Positions 50,654 through 64,000 of a stretch of DNA of 64,000 nucleotides are shown here, piece by piece. Source of the DNA: Nemertoderma westbladi (Eukaryota > Animalia > Xenacoelomorpha); NCBI GenBank assembly GCA_032718475.1, contig JAUCBJ010002196.1, positions 1 through 64,000 of the forward strand. Direction: 5' to 3'. The number at the start of each line of letters is the position of its first letter. Positions within the stretch are counted from its first letter, which is position 1. The notes beneath the pieces are model-generated. The model was not told the origin of the DNA, did not search any database, and saw only the letters and a list, made by a program, of their open reading frames with translations. Both the position numbers and the translations under genes were made by a program.

Positions 50654-53600
50654 TAGGTGGTTAGCGTAATTGGTCTTCCCGGCCAGCCACCGCCTGTACA
50701 CCATTGTACTAACTAGGTGGTTGGCGTAATTGGTCTTCCCGGCCAGCCACCGCCTGTACACCATTGTACTAACAAACTAGGTGGTTAGCGTAATTGTTCT
50801 TCACGGCCAGCCACCGTCTGTACACCATTGTACTAACTAGGTGGTTAGCGTAATTGGTCTTCCCGGCCAGCCACCGCCTGTACACCATTGTACTAACAAA
50901 CTAGGTGGTTAGCGTAATTGGTCTTCACGGCCAGCCACCGTCTGTACACCATTGTACTAACTAGGTGGTTAGCGTAATTGGTCTTCCCGGCCAGCCACCG
51001 CCTGTACACCATTGTACTAACAAACTAGGTGGTTAGCGTAATTGGTCTTCACGGCCAGCCACCGTCTGTACACCATTGTACTAACTAGGTGGTTAGCGTA
51101 ATTGGTCTTCCCGGCCAGCCACCGCCTGTACACCATTGTACTAACAAACTAGGTGGTTAGCGTAATTGGTCTTCACGGCCAGCCACCGTCTGTACACCAT
51201 TGTACTAACTAGGTGGTTAGCGTAATTGGTCTTCCCGGCCAGCCACCGCCTGTACACCATTGTACTAACAAACTAGGTGGTTAGCGTAATTGGTCTTCAC
51301 GGCCAGCCACCGTCTGTACACCATTGTACTAACTAGGTGGTTGGCGTAATTGGTCTTCACGGCCAGCCACCGTCTGTACACCATTGTACTAACTAGGTGG
51401 TTGGCGTAATTGGTCTTCCCGGCCAGCCACCGCCTGTACACCATTGTACTAACTAGGTGGTTAGCGTAATTGGTCTTCCCGGCCAGCCACCGCCTGTACA
51501 CCATTGTACTAACAAACTAGGTGGTTAGCGTAATTGGTCTTCACGGCCAGCCACCGTCTGTACACCATTGTACTAACTAGGTGGTTGGCGTAATTGGTCT
51601 TCACGGCCAGCCACCGTCTGGACACCATTGTACTAACTAGGTGGTTGGCGTAATTGGTCTTCCCGGCCAGCCACCGCCTGTACACCATTGTACTAACTAA
51701 CTAGGTAGTTGGCGTAATTGGTCTTCCCGGCCAGCCACCGTCTGTACACCATTGTACTATCTAGGTGGTTGGCGTAATTGGTCTTCACGGCCAGCCACCG
51801 TCTGTACACCATTGTACTAACTAACTAGGTGGTTAGCGTAATTGGTCTTCACGGCCAGCTACTACCTGTACACCATTGTACTAACTAACTAGGTGGTTAG
51901 GGTAACTGGTCTTCACGGCCAGCCACCGCCTCTACACCATTGTACTAACTAACCAGGTGGTTAGCGTAATTGGTCTTCCCGGCCTGCCATCGCCTGTACA
52001 CCATTATACTAAATAGGTGGTTGGCATAATTGGAGTTCCCGGCCAGCCACCGCCTGTACACCATAGTACTAACTAACTAGGTGGTTAGCGTAATTGGTCT
52101 TCCCGGCCTGCCATCGCCTGTACACCATTATACTAACTAGGTGGTTGGCATAATTGGAGTTCCCGGCCAGCCACCGCCTGTACACCATAGTACTAACTAA
52201 CTAGGTGGTTAGCGTAATTAGTCTTCCCGGCCAGCCACCGCCTGTACACCATAGTACTAACTAACTAGGTGGTTAGCGTAATTGGTCTTCCCGGCCTGCC
52301 ATCGCCTGTACACCATTGTACTAACTAGGTGGTTGGCATAATTGGTCTTCCTGGCCAGCCACCGCCTGTACACCATTGTACTAACTGACTAGGTGGTTGG
52401 TGTAATTGGTCTCCCTGGACAGCCACAGTCTGTACACCATTGTACTAACTAACTAGGTGGTTAGCGTAATTGGTCTTCCCGGCCTTCCATCGCCTGTACA
52501 CCATTGTACTAACTAGGTGGTTGGTATAATTGGTCTTCCCGGCCAGCCACCGCCTGTACACCATAGTACTAACTAACTAGGTGGTTAGCGTAATTGGTCT
52601 CCCTGGCCAGCCACCGACTGTATGTACACCATTGTACTAACTGACTAGTTGGTTGGCGTAATTGGTCTCCCTGGCCAGCCACCGTCTGTACACCATTGTA
52701 CTAACTAACTAGGTGGTTAGCGTAATTGGTCTTCCCGGCCAGCCACCGCCTGTACACCATTGTACTAACTAACTAGGTGGTTGGCGTAATTGGTCTTTCC
52801 GGCCAGCCACCGTCTGTACACCATTGTACATACTAACGAGGTGGTTGGCGTAATTGGTCTTCCCGGCCTGCCATCGCCTGTACACCATTGTACTAACTAG
52901 GTGGTTGGCATAATTGGTCTTCCCAGCCAGCCACCGCCTGTACACCATAGTACTAACTAACTAGGTGGTTAGCGTAATTGGTCTTCCCGGACAGCCACCA
53001 CCTGTACACCATAGTACTAACTAACTAGGTGGTTAGCGTAATTGGTCTTCCCGGCCTGCCATCGCCTGTACACCATTGTACTAACTAGGTGGTTGGCATA
53101 ATTGGTCTTCCCGGCCAGCCACCGCCTGTACACCATTGTACTAACTGACTAGGTGGTTGGCGTAATTGGTCTCCCTGGCCAGCCACCATCTGTACACCAT
53201 TGTACTAACTAACTATGAGGTTAGCGTAATTGGTCTTCCCGGCCAGCCACCGCCTGTACACCATTGTACTAACTAACTAGGTGGTTGGCGTAATTGGTCT
53301 TTCCGGCCAGCCACCGTCTGTACACCATTGTACTAACTAACTAGGTGGTTGGCATAATTGGTCTTCCCGGCCAGCCAGCGTCTGTACACCATTGTACTAA
53401 CTAACTAGGTGGTTGGCGTAATTGGTCTTCCCGGCCAGCCACCACCTGTACACCATTGTACTAACTAGGTGGTTGGCGTAAATGGTCTTCCCGGCCAGCC
53501 ACCGTCTGTACACCATTGTACTAACTAACTAGGTAGTTGGCGTAATTGGTCTTCCCGGCCAGCCACCGTCTGTACACCATTGTACTAACTAGGTGGTTGG

Positions 53601-56600
53601 CGTAATTGGTCTTCCTGGCCAGCCACCGTCTGTACACATTGTACTAACTAACTAGGTTGTTGGCATAATTGGTCTTCCCGGGCAGCCACCGCCTCTACAC
53701 CATTGTACTAACTAACCAGGTGGTTAGCGTAATTGGTCTTCCCGGCCTGCCATCGCCTGTACAACATTATACTAACTAGGTGGTTGGCATAATTGGAATT
53801 CCCGGCCAGCCACCGCCTGTACACCATAGTACTACTAACTAGGTGGTTAGCGTAATTGGTCTTCCCGGCCTGCCATCGCCTGTACACCATTGTACTAACT
53901 AGGTGGTTGACATAATTGGTCTTCCCGGCAGGCCACCGCCTGTACACCATTGTACTAATTGACTAGGTGGTTGGCGTAATTGGTCTCCCCGGCCAACCAC
54001 CGTCTGTACACCATTGTACTAACTAGGTGGTTGGCATAATTGGTCTTCCCGGCCAGCCACCGCCTGTACACCATAGTACTAACTAACTAGGTGGTTAGCG
54101 TAATTAGTCTTCCCGGCCAGCCACAGCCTGTACACCATAGTACTAACTAACTAGGTGGTTAGCGTAATTGGTCTTCCCGGCCTGCCATCGCCTGTACACC
54201 ATTGTACTAACTAGGTGGTTGGCATAATTGGTCTTCCTGGCCAGCCACCGCCTGTACACCATTGTACTAACTGACTAGGTGGTTGGTGTAATTGGTCTCC
54301 CTGGCCAGCCACAGTCTGTACACCATTGTACTAACTAACTAGGTGGTTAGCGTAATTGGTCTTCCCGGCCTGCCATCGCCTGTACACCATTGTACTAACT
54401 AGGTGGTTGGCATAATTGGTCTTCCCGGCCAGCCACCGCCTGTACACCATAGTACTAACTAACTAGGTGGTTAGCGTAATTGGTCTCCCTGGCCAGCCAC
54501 CGACTGTACGTACACCATTGTACTAACTGACTAGGTGGTTGGCGTAATTGGTCTCCCTGGCCAGCCACCGTCTGTACACCATTGTACTAACTAACTAGGT
54601 AGTTAGCGTAATTGGTCTTCCCGGCCAGCCACCGCCTGTACACCATTGTACTAACTAACTAGGTGGTTGGCGTAATTGGTCTTTCCGGCCAGCCACCGTC
54701 TGTACACCATTGTACATACTAACGAGGTGGTTGGCGTAATTGGTCTTCCCGGCCTGCCATCGCCTGTACACCATTGTACTAACTAGGTGGTTGGCATAAT
54801 TGGTCTTCCCGGCCAGCCACCGCCTGTACACCATAGTACTAACTAACTAGGTGGTTAGCGTAATTGGTCTTCCCGGACAGCCACCGCCTGTACACCATAG
54901 TACTAACTAACTAGGTGGTTAGCGTAATTGGTCTTCCCGGCCTGCCATCGCCTGTACACCATTGTACTAACTAGGTGGTTGGCATAATTGGTCTTCCCGG
55001 CCAGCCACCGCCTGTACACCATTGTACTAACTGACTAGGTGGTTGGCGTAATTGGTCTCCCTGGCCAGCCACCATCTGTACACCATTGTACTAACTAACT
55101 ATGAGGTTAGCGTAATTGGCCTTCCCGGCCAGCCACCGCCTGTACACCATTGTACTAACTAACTAGGTGGTTGGCGTAATTGGTCTTTCCGGCCAGCCAC
55201 CGTCTGTACACCATTGTACTAACTAACTAGGTGGTTGGCGTAATTGGTCTTCCCGGCCAGCCAGCGTCTGTACACCATTGTACTAACTAACTAGGTGGTT
55301 GGCGTAATTGGTCTTCCCGGCCAGCCACCACCTGTACACCATTGTACTAACTAGGTGGTTGGCGTAAATGGTCTTCCCGGCCAGCCACCGTCTGTACACC
55401 ATTGTACTAACTAACTAGGTAGTTGGCGTAATTGGTCTTCCCGGCCAGCCACCGTCTGTACACCATTGTACTAACTAGGTGGTTGGCGTAATTGGTCTTC
55501 CTGGCCAGCCACCGTCTGTACACATTGTACTAACTAACTAGGTTGTTGGCATAATTGGTCTTCCCGGGCAGCCACCGCCTGTACATCATTGTACTAACTA
55601 ACTAGGTGGTTGGCGTAATTGGTCTTCCCGGCCAGCCACTGTCTGTACACCATTGTACTAACTAACTAGGTGGTTGGCGTAATTGGTCTTCCCAGCCAGC
55701 CACCGTCTGTACACCATTGTACTAACTAGGTGGTTAGCGTAATTGGTCTTCCCGGCCAGTCACCATCTGTACACCATTGTACTAACTAACTAGGTGGTTG
55801 GCGTAATTGGTCTTCCCAGCCAGCCACTGCCTGTACACCATTGTACTAACTAACTAGGTGGTTGGCGTAATTGGTCTTCCCAGCCAGCCAGCGTATGTAC
55901 ACCATTGTACTAACTAACTAGGTGGTTGGCATAATTGGTCTTCCTGGCCAGCCACCGTCTGTACACCATTGTACTAACTAACTAGGTGGTTAGCGTAATT
56001 GGTCTTCCCGGCCAGCCACCGTCTGTACACAATTGTACTAACTAACTAGGTGGTTAGCGTAATTGGTCTTCCCGGCCAGCCACCATCTGTACACCATTGT
56101 ACTAACTAACTAGGTGGTTAGCGTAATTGGTCTTCATGGCCAGCCACCGCCTGTACACCATTGTACTAACTAACTAGGTGGTTAGTGTAATTGGTCTTCC
56201 CGGCCAGCCACCGTCTGTACACCATTGTACTAACTAACTAGGTGGTTAGTGTAATTGGTCTTCCCGGCCTGCCACCGCCTGTACACCATTGTACTAACTA
56301 ACTAGGTGGTTAGCGTAATTGGTCTTCCCGGCCTGCCATCGCCTGTACACCATTGTACTAACTAGGTGGTTGGCATAATTGGTCTTCCCGGCCAGCCACC
56401 GCCTGTACACCATAGTACTAACTAACTAGGTGGTTAGCGTAATTGGTCTTCCCGGCCTGCCATCGCCTGTACACCATTGTACTAAACTAGGTGGTTGGCA
56501 TAATTCGTCTTCCCGGCCAGCCACCGCCTGTACACCATTGTACTAACTGACTAGGTGGTTGGTGTAATTGGTCTCCCCGGCCAGCCACCGTCTGTACACC

Positions 56601-59600
56601 ATTGTACTAACTAACTAGGTGGTTAGCGTAATTGGTCTTCGCGGCCTGCCATCGCCTGTACACCTTTGTACTAACTAGGTAGTTGGCATAATTGGTCTCC
56701 CCGTCCAGCCACCGTCTGTACACCATTGTACTAACAATCTAGGTGGTTAGCGTAATTGGTCTTCCCAGCCAGCCACCATCTGTACACCATTGTACTAACT
56801 AACTAGGTGGTTGGCGTAATTGGTCTCCCCAGCCAGCCACCGTCTGTACACCATTGTACTAACTAACTAGGTGGTTGGCATAATTGGTCTTCCTGGCCAG
56901 CCACCGTCTGTACACCATTGTACTAACTAACTAGGTGGTTAGCGTAATTGGTCTTCCCGGCCAGCCACCGTCTGTACACCATTGTACTAACTAACTAGGT
57001 GGTTAGCGTAATTGGTCTTCCCGGCCAGCCACCATCTGTACACCATTGTACTAACTAACTAGGTGGTTAGCGTAATTGGTCTTCATGGCCAGCCACCGCC
57101 TGTACACCATTGTACTAACTAACTAGGTGGTTAGTGTAATTGGTCATCCCGGCCAGCCACCGTCTGTACACCATTGTACTAACTAACTAGGTGGTTAGTG
57201 TAATTGGTCTTCCCGGCCTGCCACCGCCTGTACACCATTGTACTAACTAACTAGGTGGTTAGCGTAATTGGTCTTCCCGGCCTGCCATCGCCTGTACACC
57301 ATTGTACTAACAAGGTGGTTGGCATAATTGGTCTTCCCGGCCAGCCACCGCCTGTACACCATAGTACTAACTAACTAGGTGGTTAGCGTAATTGGTCTTC
57401 CCGGCCTGCCATCGCCTGTACACCATTGTACTAAACTAGGTGGTTGGCATAATTCGTCTTCCCGGCCAGCCACCGCCTGTACACCATTGTACTAACTGAC
57501 TAGGTGGTTGGTGTAATTGGTCTCCCCGGCCAGCCACCGTCTGTACACCATTGTACTAACTAACTAGGTGGTTAGCGTAATTGGTCTTCGCGGCCTGCCA
57601 TCGCCTGTACACCTTTGTACTAACTAGGTAGTTGGCATAATTGGTCTCCCCGTCCAGCCACCGTCTGTACACCATTGTACTAACAAACTAGGTGGTTAGC
57701 GTAATTGGTCTTCCCAGCCAGCCACCATCTGTACACCATTGTACTAACTAACTAGGTGGTTGGCGTAATTGGTCTCCCCAGCCAGCCACCGTCTGTACAC
57801 TATTGTACTAACTAACTAGGTGGTTAGAGTAATTGGTCTTCCTGGCCAGCCACTGCCTGTACACCATTGCACTAACTAGGTGGTTAGCGTAATTGGTCTT
57901 CCCGGCCAGCCACTGCCTGTACACCATAGTACTAACTAACTAGGTGGTTAGCATAATTGGTCTTCCCGGCCAGCCACCGCCTGTACACCATTATACTAAC
58001 TGACTAGGTGGTTGGCGTAATTGGTCTCCCAGGCCAGCCACCATCTGTACACCATTGTACTAACTAACTAGGTGGTTAGCGTAATTGGTCTTCCCGGCCA
58101 GCCACCGCCTGTACACCATTGTACTAACTATCTAGGTGGTTGGCGTAATTGGTCTTTCCGGCCAGCCACCGTCTGTACACCATTGTACTAACTAACTAGG
58201 TGGTTGGCGTAATTGATCTTCCCGGCCAGCCATCGCCTGTACACCATTGTACTAACTAGGTGGTTGGCATAATTGGTCTTCCTGGCCAGCCACCGCCTGT
58301 ACACCATTGTACTAACTGACTAGGTGGTTGGTGTAATTGGTCTCCCTGGCCAGCCACAGTCTGTACACCATTGTACTAACTAACTAGGTGGTTAGCGTAA
58401 TTGGTCTTCCCGGCCTGCCATCGCCTGTACACCATTGTACTAACTAGGTGGTTGGCATAATTGGTCTTCCCGGCCAGCCACCGCCTGTACACCATAGTAC
58501 TAACTAACTAGGTGGTTAGCGTAATTGGTCTCCCTGGCCAGCCACCGACTGTACGTACACCATTGTACTAACTGACTAGGTGGTTGGCGTAATTGGTCTC
58601 CCTGGCCAGCCACCGTCTGTACACCATTGTACTAACTAACTAGGTAGTTAGCGTAATTGGTCTTCCCGGCCAGCCACCGCCTGTACACCATTGTACTAAC
58701 TAACTAGGTGGTTGGCGTAATTGGTCTTTCCGGCCAGCCACCGTCTGTACACCATTGTACATACTAACGAGGTGGTTGGCGTAATTGGTCTTCCCGGCCT
58801 GCCATCGCCTGTACACCATTGTACTAACTAGGTGGTTGGCATAATTGGTCTTCCCGGCCAGCCACCGCCTGTACACCATAGTACTAACTAACTAGGTGGT
58901 TAGCGTAATTGGTCTTCCCGGACAGCCACCGCCTGTACACCATAGTACTAACTAACTAGGTGGTTAGCGTAATTGGTCTTCCCGGCCTGCCATCGCCTGT
59001 ACACCATTGTACTAACTAGGTGGTTGGCATAATTGGTCTTCCCGGCCAGCCACCGCCTGTACACCATTGTACTAACTGACTAGGTGGTTGGCGTAATTGG
59101 TCTCCCTGGCCAGCCACCATCTGTACACCATTGTACTAACTAACTATGAGGTTAGCGTAATTGGCCTTCCCGGCCAGCCACCGCCTGTACACCATTGTAC
59201 TAACTAACTAGGTGGTTGGCGTAATTGGTCTTTCCGGCCAGCCACCGTCTGTACACCATTGTACTAACTAACTAGGTGGTTGGCGTAATTGGTCTTCCCG
59301 GCCAGCCAGCGTCTGTACACCATTGTACTAACTAACTAGGTGGTTGGCGTAATTGGTCTTCCCGGCCAGCCACCACCTGTACACCATTGTACTAACTAGG
59401 TGGTTGGCGTAAATGGTCTTCCCGGCCAGCCACCGTCTGTACACCATTGTACTAACTAACTAGGTAGTTGGCGTAATTGGTCTTCCCGGCCAGCCACCGT
59501 CTGTACACCATTGTACTAACTAGGTGGTTGGCGTAATTGGTCTTCCTGGCCAGCCACCGTCTGTACACATTGTACTAACTAACTAGGTTGTTGGCATAAT

Positions 59601-62600
59601 TGGTCTTCCCGGGCAGCCACCGCCTGTACATCATTGTACTAACTAACTAGGTGGTTGGCGTAATTGGTCTTCCCGGCCAGCCACTGTCTGTACACCATTG
59701 TACTAACTAACTAGGTGGTTGGCGTAATTGGTCTTCCCAGCCAGCCACCGTCTGTACACCATTGTACTAACTAGGTGGTTAGCGTAATTGGTCTTCCCGG
59801 CCAGTCACCATCTGTACACCATTGTACTAACTAACTAGGTGGTTGGCGTAATTGGTCTTCCCAGCCAGCCACTGCCTGTACACCATTGTACTAACTAACT
59901 AGGTGGTTGGCGTAATTGGTCTTCCCAGCCAGCCAGCGTATGTACACCATTGTACTAACTAACTAGGTGGTTGGCATAATTGGTCTTCCTGGCCAGCCAC
60001 CGTCTGTACACCATTGTACTAACTAACTAGGTGGTTAGCGTAATTGGTCTTCCCGGCCAGCCACCGTCTGTACACAATTGTACTAACTAACTAGGTGGTT
60101 AGCGTAATTGGTCTTCCCGGCCAGCCACCATCTGTACACCATTGTACTAACTAACTAGGTGGTTAGCGTAATTGGTCTTCATGGCCAGCCACCGCCTGTA
60201 CACCATTGTACTAACTAACTAGGTGGTTAGTGTAATTGGTCTTCCCGGCCAGCCACCGTCTGTACACCATTGTACTAACTAACTAGGTGGTTAGTGTAAT
60301 TGGTCTTCCCGGCCTGCCACCGCCTGTACACCATTGTACTAACTAACTAGGTGGTTAGCGTAATTGGTCTTCCCGGCCTGCCATCGCCTGTACACCATTG
60401 TACTAACTAGGTGGTTGGCATAATTGGTCTTCCCGGCCAGCCACCGCCTGTACACCATAGTACTAACTAACTAGGTGGTTAGCGTAATTGGTCTTCCCGG
60501 CCTGCCATCGCCTGTACACCATTGTACTAAACTAGGTGGTTGGCATAATTCGTCTTCCCGGCCAGCCACCGCCTGTACACCATTGTACTAACTGACTAGG
60601 TGGTTGGTGTAATTGGTCTCCCCGGCCAGCCACCGTCTGTACACCATTGTACTAACTAACTAGGTGGTTAGCGTAATTGGTCTTCGCGGCCTGCCATCGC
60701 CTGTACACCTTTGTACTAACTAGGTAGTTGGCATAATTGGTCTCCCCGTCCAGCCACCGTCTGTACACCATTGTACTAACAATCTAGGTGGTTAGCGTAA
60801 TTGGTCTTCCCAGCCAGCCACCATCTGTACACCATTGTACTAACTAACTAGGTGGTTGGCGTAATTGGTCTCCCCAGCCAGCCACCGTCTGTACACCATT
60901 GTACTAACTAACTAGGTGGTTGGCATAATTGGTCTTCCTGGCCAGCCACCGTCTGTACACCATTGTACTAACTAACTAGGTGGTTAGCGTAATTGGTCTT
61001 CCCGGCCAGCCACCGTCTGTACACCATTGTACTAACTAACTAGGTGGTTAGCGTAATTGGTCTTCCCGGCCAGCCACCATCTGTACACCATTGTACTAAC
61101 TAACTAGGTGGTTAGCGTAATTGGTCTTCATGGCCAGCCACCGCCTGTACACCATTGTACTAACTAACTAGGTGGTTAGTGTAATTGGTCATCCCGGCCA
61201 GCCACCGTCTGTACACCATTGTACTAACTAACTAGGTGGTTAGTGTAATTGGTCTTCCCGGCCTGCCACCGCCTGTACACCATTGTACTAACTAACTAGG
61301 TGGTTAGCGTAATTGGTCTTCCCGGCCTGCCATCGCCTGTACACCATTGTACTAACAAGGTGGTTGGCATAATTGGTCTTCCCGGCCAGCCACCGCCTGT
61401 ACACCATAGTACTAACTAACTAGGTGGTTAGCGTAATTGGTCTTCCCGGCCTGCCATCGCCTGTACACCATTGTACTAAACTAGGTGGTTGGCATAATTC
61501 GTCTTCCCGGCCAGCCACCGCCTGTACACCATTGTACTAACTGACTAGGTGGTTGGTGTAATTGGTCTCCCCGGCCAGCCACCGTCTGTACACCATTGTA
61601 CTAACTAACTAGGTGGTTAGCGTAATTGGTCTTCGCGGCCTGCCATCGCCTGTACACCTTTGTACTAACTAGGTAGTTGGCATAATTGGTCTCCCCGTCC
61701 AGCCACCGTCTGTACACCATTGTACTAACAAACTAGGTGGTTAGCGTAATTGGTCTTCCCAGCCAGCCACCATCTGTACACCATTGTACTAACTAACTAG
61801 GTGGTTGGCGTAATTGGTCTCCCCAGCCAGCCACCGTCTGTACACTATTGTACTAACTAACTAGGTGGTTAGAGTAATTGGTCTTCCTGGCCAGCCACTG
61901 CCTGTACACCATTGCACTAACTAGGTGGTTAGCGTAATTGGTCTTCCCGGCCTGCCACTGCCTGTACACCATAGTACTAACTAACTAGGTGGTTAGCATA
62001 ATTGGTCTTCCCGGCCAGCCACCGCCTGTACACCATTATACTAACTGACTAGGTGGTTGGCGTAATTGGTCTCCCAGGCCAGCCACCATCTGTACACCAT
62101 TGTACTAACTAACTAGGTGGTTAGCGTAATTGGTCTTCCCGGCCAGCCACCGCCTGTACACCATTGTACTAACTATCTAGGTGGTTGGCGTAATTGGTCT
62201 TTCCGGCCAGCCACCGTCTGTACACCATTGTACTAACTAACTAGGTGGTTGGCGTAATTGATCTTCCCGGCCAGCCAGCGTCTGTACACCATTGTACTAA
62301 CTAACTAGGTGGTTGGCGTAATTGGTCTTCCCGGCCAGCCACCACCTGTACACCATTGTACTAACTAGGTGGTTGGCGTAAATGGTCTTCCCGGCCAGCC
62401 ACCGTCTGTACACCATTGTACTAACTAACTAGGTAGTTGGCGTAATTGGTCATCCCGGCCAGCCACCGTCTGTACACCATTGTACTAACTAGTTGGTTGG
62501 CGTAATTGGTCTTCCCGGCCAGCCACCGTCTGCACACCATTGTACTAACTAACTAGGTTGTTGGCATAATTGGTCTTCCCGGCCAGCCACCGCCTGTACA

Positions 62601-64000
62601 TCATTGTACTAACTAACTAGGTGGTTGGCGTAATTGGTCTTCCCGGCCAGCCACTGTCTGTACACCATTGTACTAACTAACTAGGTGGTTGGCGTAATTG
62701 GTCTTCCCAGCCAGCCACCGTCTGTACACCATTGTACTAACTAGGTGGTTAGCGTAATTGGTCTTCCCGGCCAGTCACCATCTGTACACCATTGTACTAA
62801 CTAACTAGGTGGTTGGCGTAATTGGTCTTCCCAGCCAGCCACTGCCTGTACACCATTGTACTAACTAACTAGGTGGTTGGCGTAATTGGTCTTCCCAGCC
62901 AGCCAGCATCTGTACACCAATGTACTAACTAACTAGGTGGTTGGCATAATTGGTCTTCCTGGCCAGCCACCGTCTGTACACCATTGTACTAACTAACTAG
63001 GTGGTTAGCATAATTGGTCTTCCCGGCCAGCCACCGTCTGTACACCATTGTACTAACTAACTAGGTGGTTAGCATAATTGGTCTTCCCGGCCAGCCACCA
63101 TCTGTACACCATTGTACTAACTAACTAGGTGGTTAGCGTAATTGGTCTTCACGGCCAGCCACCGCCTGTACACCATTGTACTAACTAACTAGGTGGTTAG
63201 CGTAATTGGTCTTCCCGGCCAGCCACCGTCTGTAAACCATTGTACTAACTAACTAGGTGGTTAGTGTAATTGGTCTTCCCGGCCTGCCACCGCCTGTACA
63301 CCATTGTACTAACTAACTAGGTGGTTAGCGTAATTGGTCTTCCCGGCCTGCCATCGCCTGTACACCATTGTACTAACTAGGTGGTTGGCATAATTGGTCT
63401 TCCTGGCCAGCCACCGCCTGTACACCATAGTACTAACTAACTAGGTGGTTAGCGTAATTGGTCTTCCCGGCCTGCCATCGCCTGTACACCATTGTACTAA
63501 ACTAGGTGGTTGGCATAATTCGTCTTCCCGGCCAGCCATCGCCTGTACACCATTGTACTAACTGACTAGGTGGTTGGTGTAATTGGTCTCCCCGGCCAGC
63601 CACCGTCTGTCTGTACACCATTGTACTAACTAACTAGGTGGTTAGCGTAATTGGTCTTCGCGGCCTGCCATCGCCTGTACAGCATTGTACTAACTAGGTA
63701 GTTGGCATAATTGGTCTCCCCGTCCAGCCACCGTCTGTACACCATTGTACTAACAAACTAGGTGGTTAGCGTAATTGGTCTTCCCAGCCAGCCACCATCT
63801 GTACACCATTGTACTAACTAACTAGGTGGTTGGCGTAATTGGTCTCCCCAGCCATCCACCGTCTGTACACTATTGTACTAACTAACTAGGTGGTTAGAGT
63901 AATTGGTCTTCCCGGCCAGCCACTGCCTGTACACCATAGCACTAACTAGGTGGTTAGCGTAATTGGTCTTCCCGGCCAGCCACTGCCTGTACACCTGTAC
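50654..64000. repeat. 60/64-bp satellite CTAGGTGGTTRGCGTAATTGGTCTTCCCGGCCAGCCACCGYCTGTACACCATTGTACTAA(CTAA), running off the window
   Basis: Continuous periodicity; length polymorphism comes from one extra CTAA. Nested higher-order repeats of 124, 949, 1886 and 4045 bp. Confidence 0.98.

Noticed and set aside
51265-53950. ORFs MVYRRWLAGKTNYANHLVST...
   Set aside because: Runs of consecutive 60-bp satellite units without the 4-bp insertion; not genes.

Overview
Repeat-dense eukaryotic (most likely invertebrate animal) DNA with no host gene. 1-10812 is a BEL/Pao LTR retrotransposon on the minus strand. Its gag-pol is broken by one in-frame TAA and by a 377-bp PIF/Harbinger-type MITE that landed exactly in the YMDD codons of reverse transcriptase. 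The element sits in a ~30-kb array of a 23-bp minisatellite with multi-kb higher-order duplications (10813-42481). That array is interrupted at 38977-41080 by the most interesting structure in the window. There, ~3.8 apparently identical tandem copies of a 412-bp unit, each carrying a tRNA-derived Pol III promoter fused directly to a minimal type I hammerhead ribozyme (a retrozyme-like unit), are joined to the 3' end of a LINE on the same strand, and the whole block is bracketed by a probable 14-18 bp target-site duplication. This looks like a fossil of LINE-primed, rolling-circle reverse transcription of a circular ribozyme RNA. The rest of the window holds LINE remnants, a second non-canonical hammerhead-like motif, several tandem arrays (31, 42, 221, 61 bp) and a 60/64-bp hairpin satellite running off the right edge. 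All ORFs inside the tandem arrays are artefacts of repetition.
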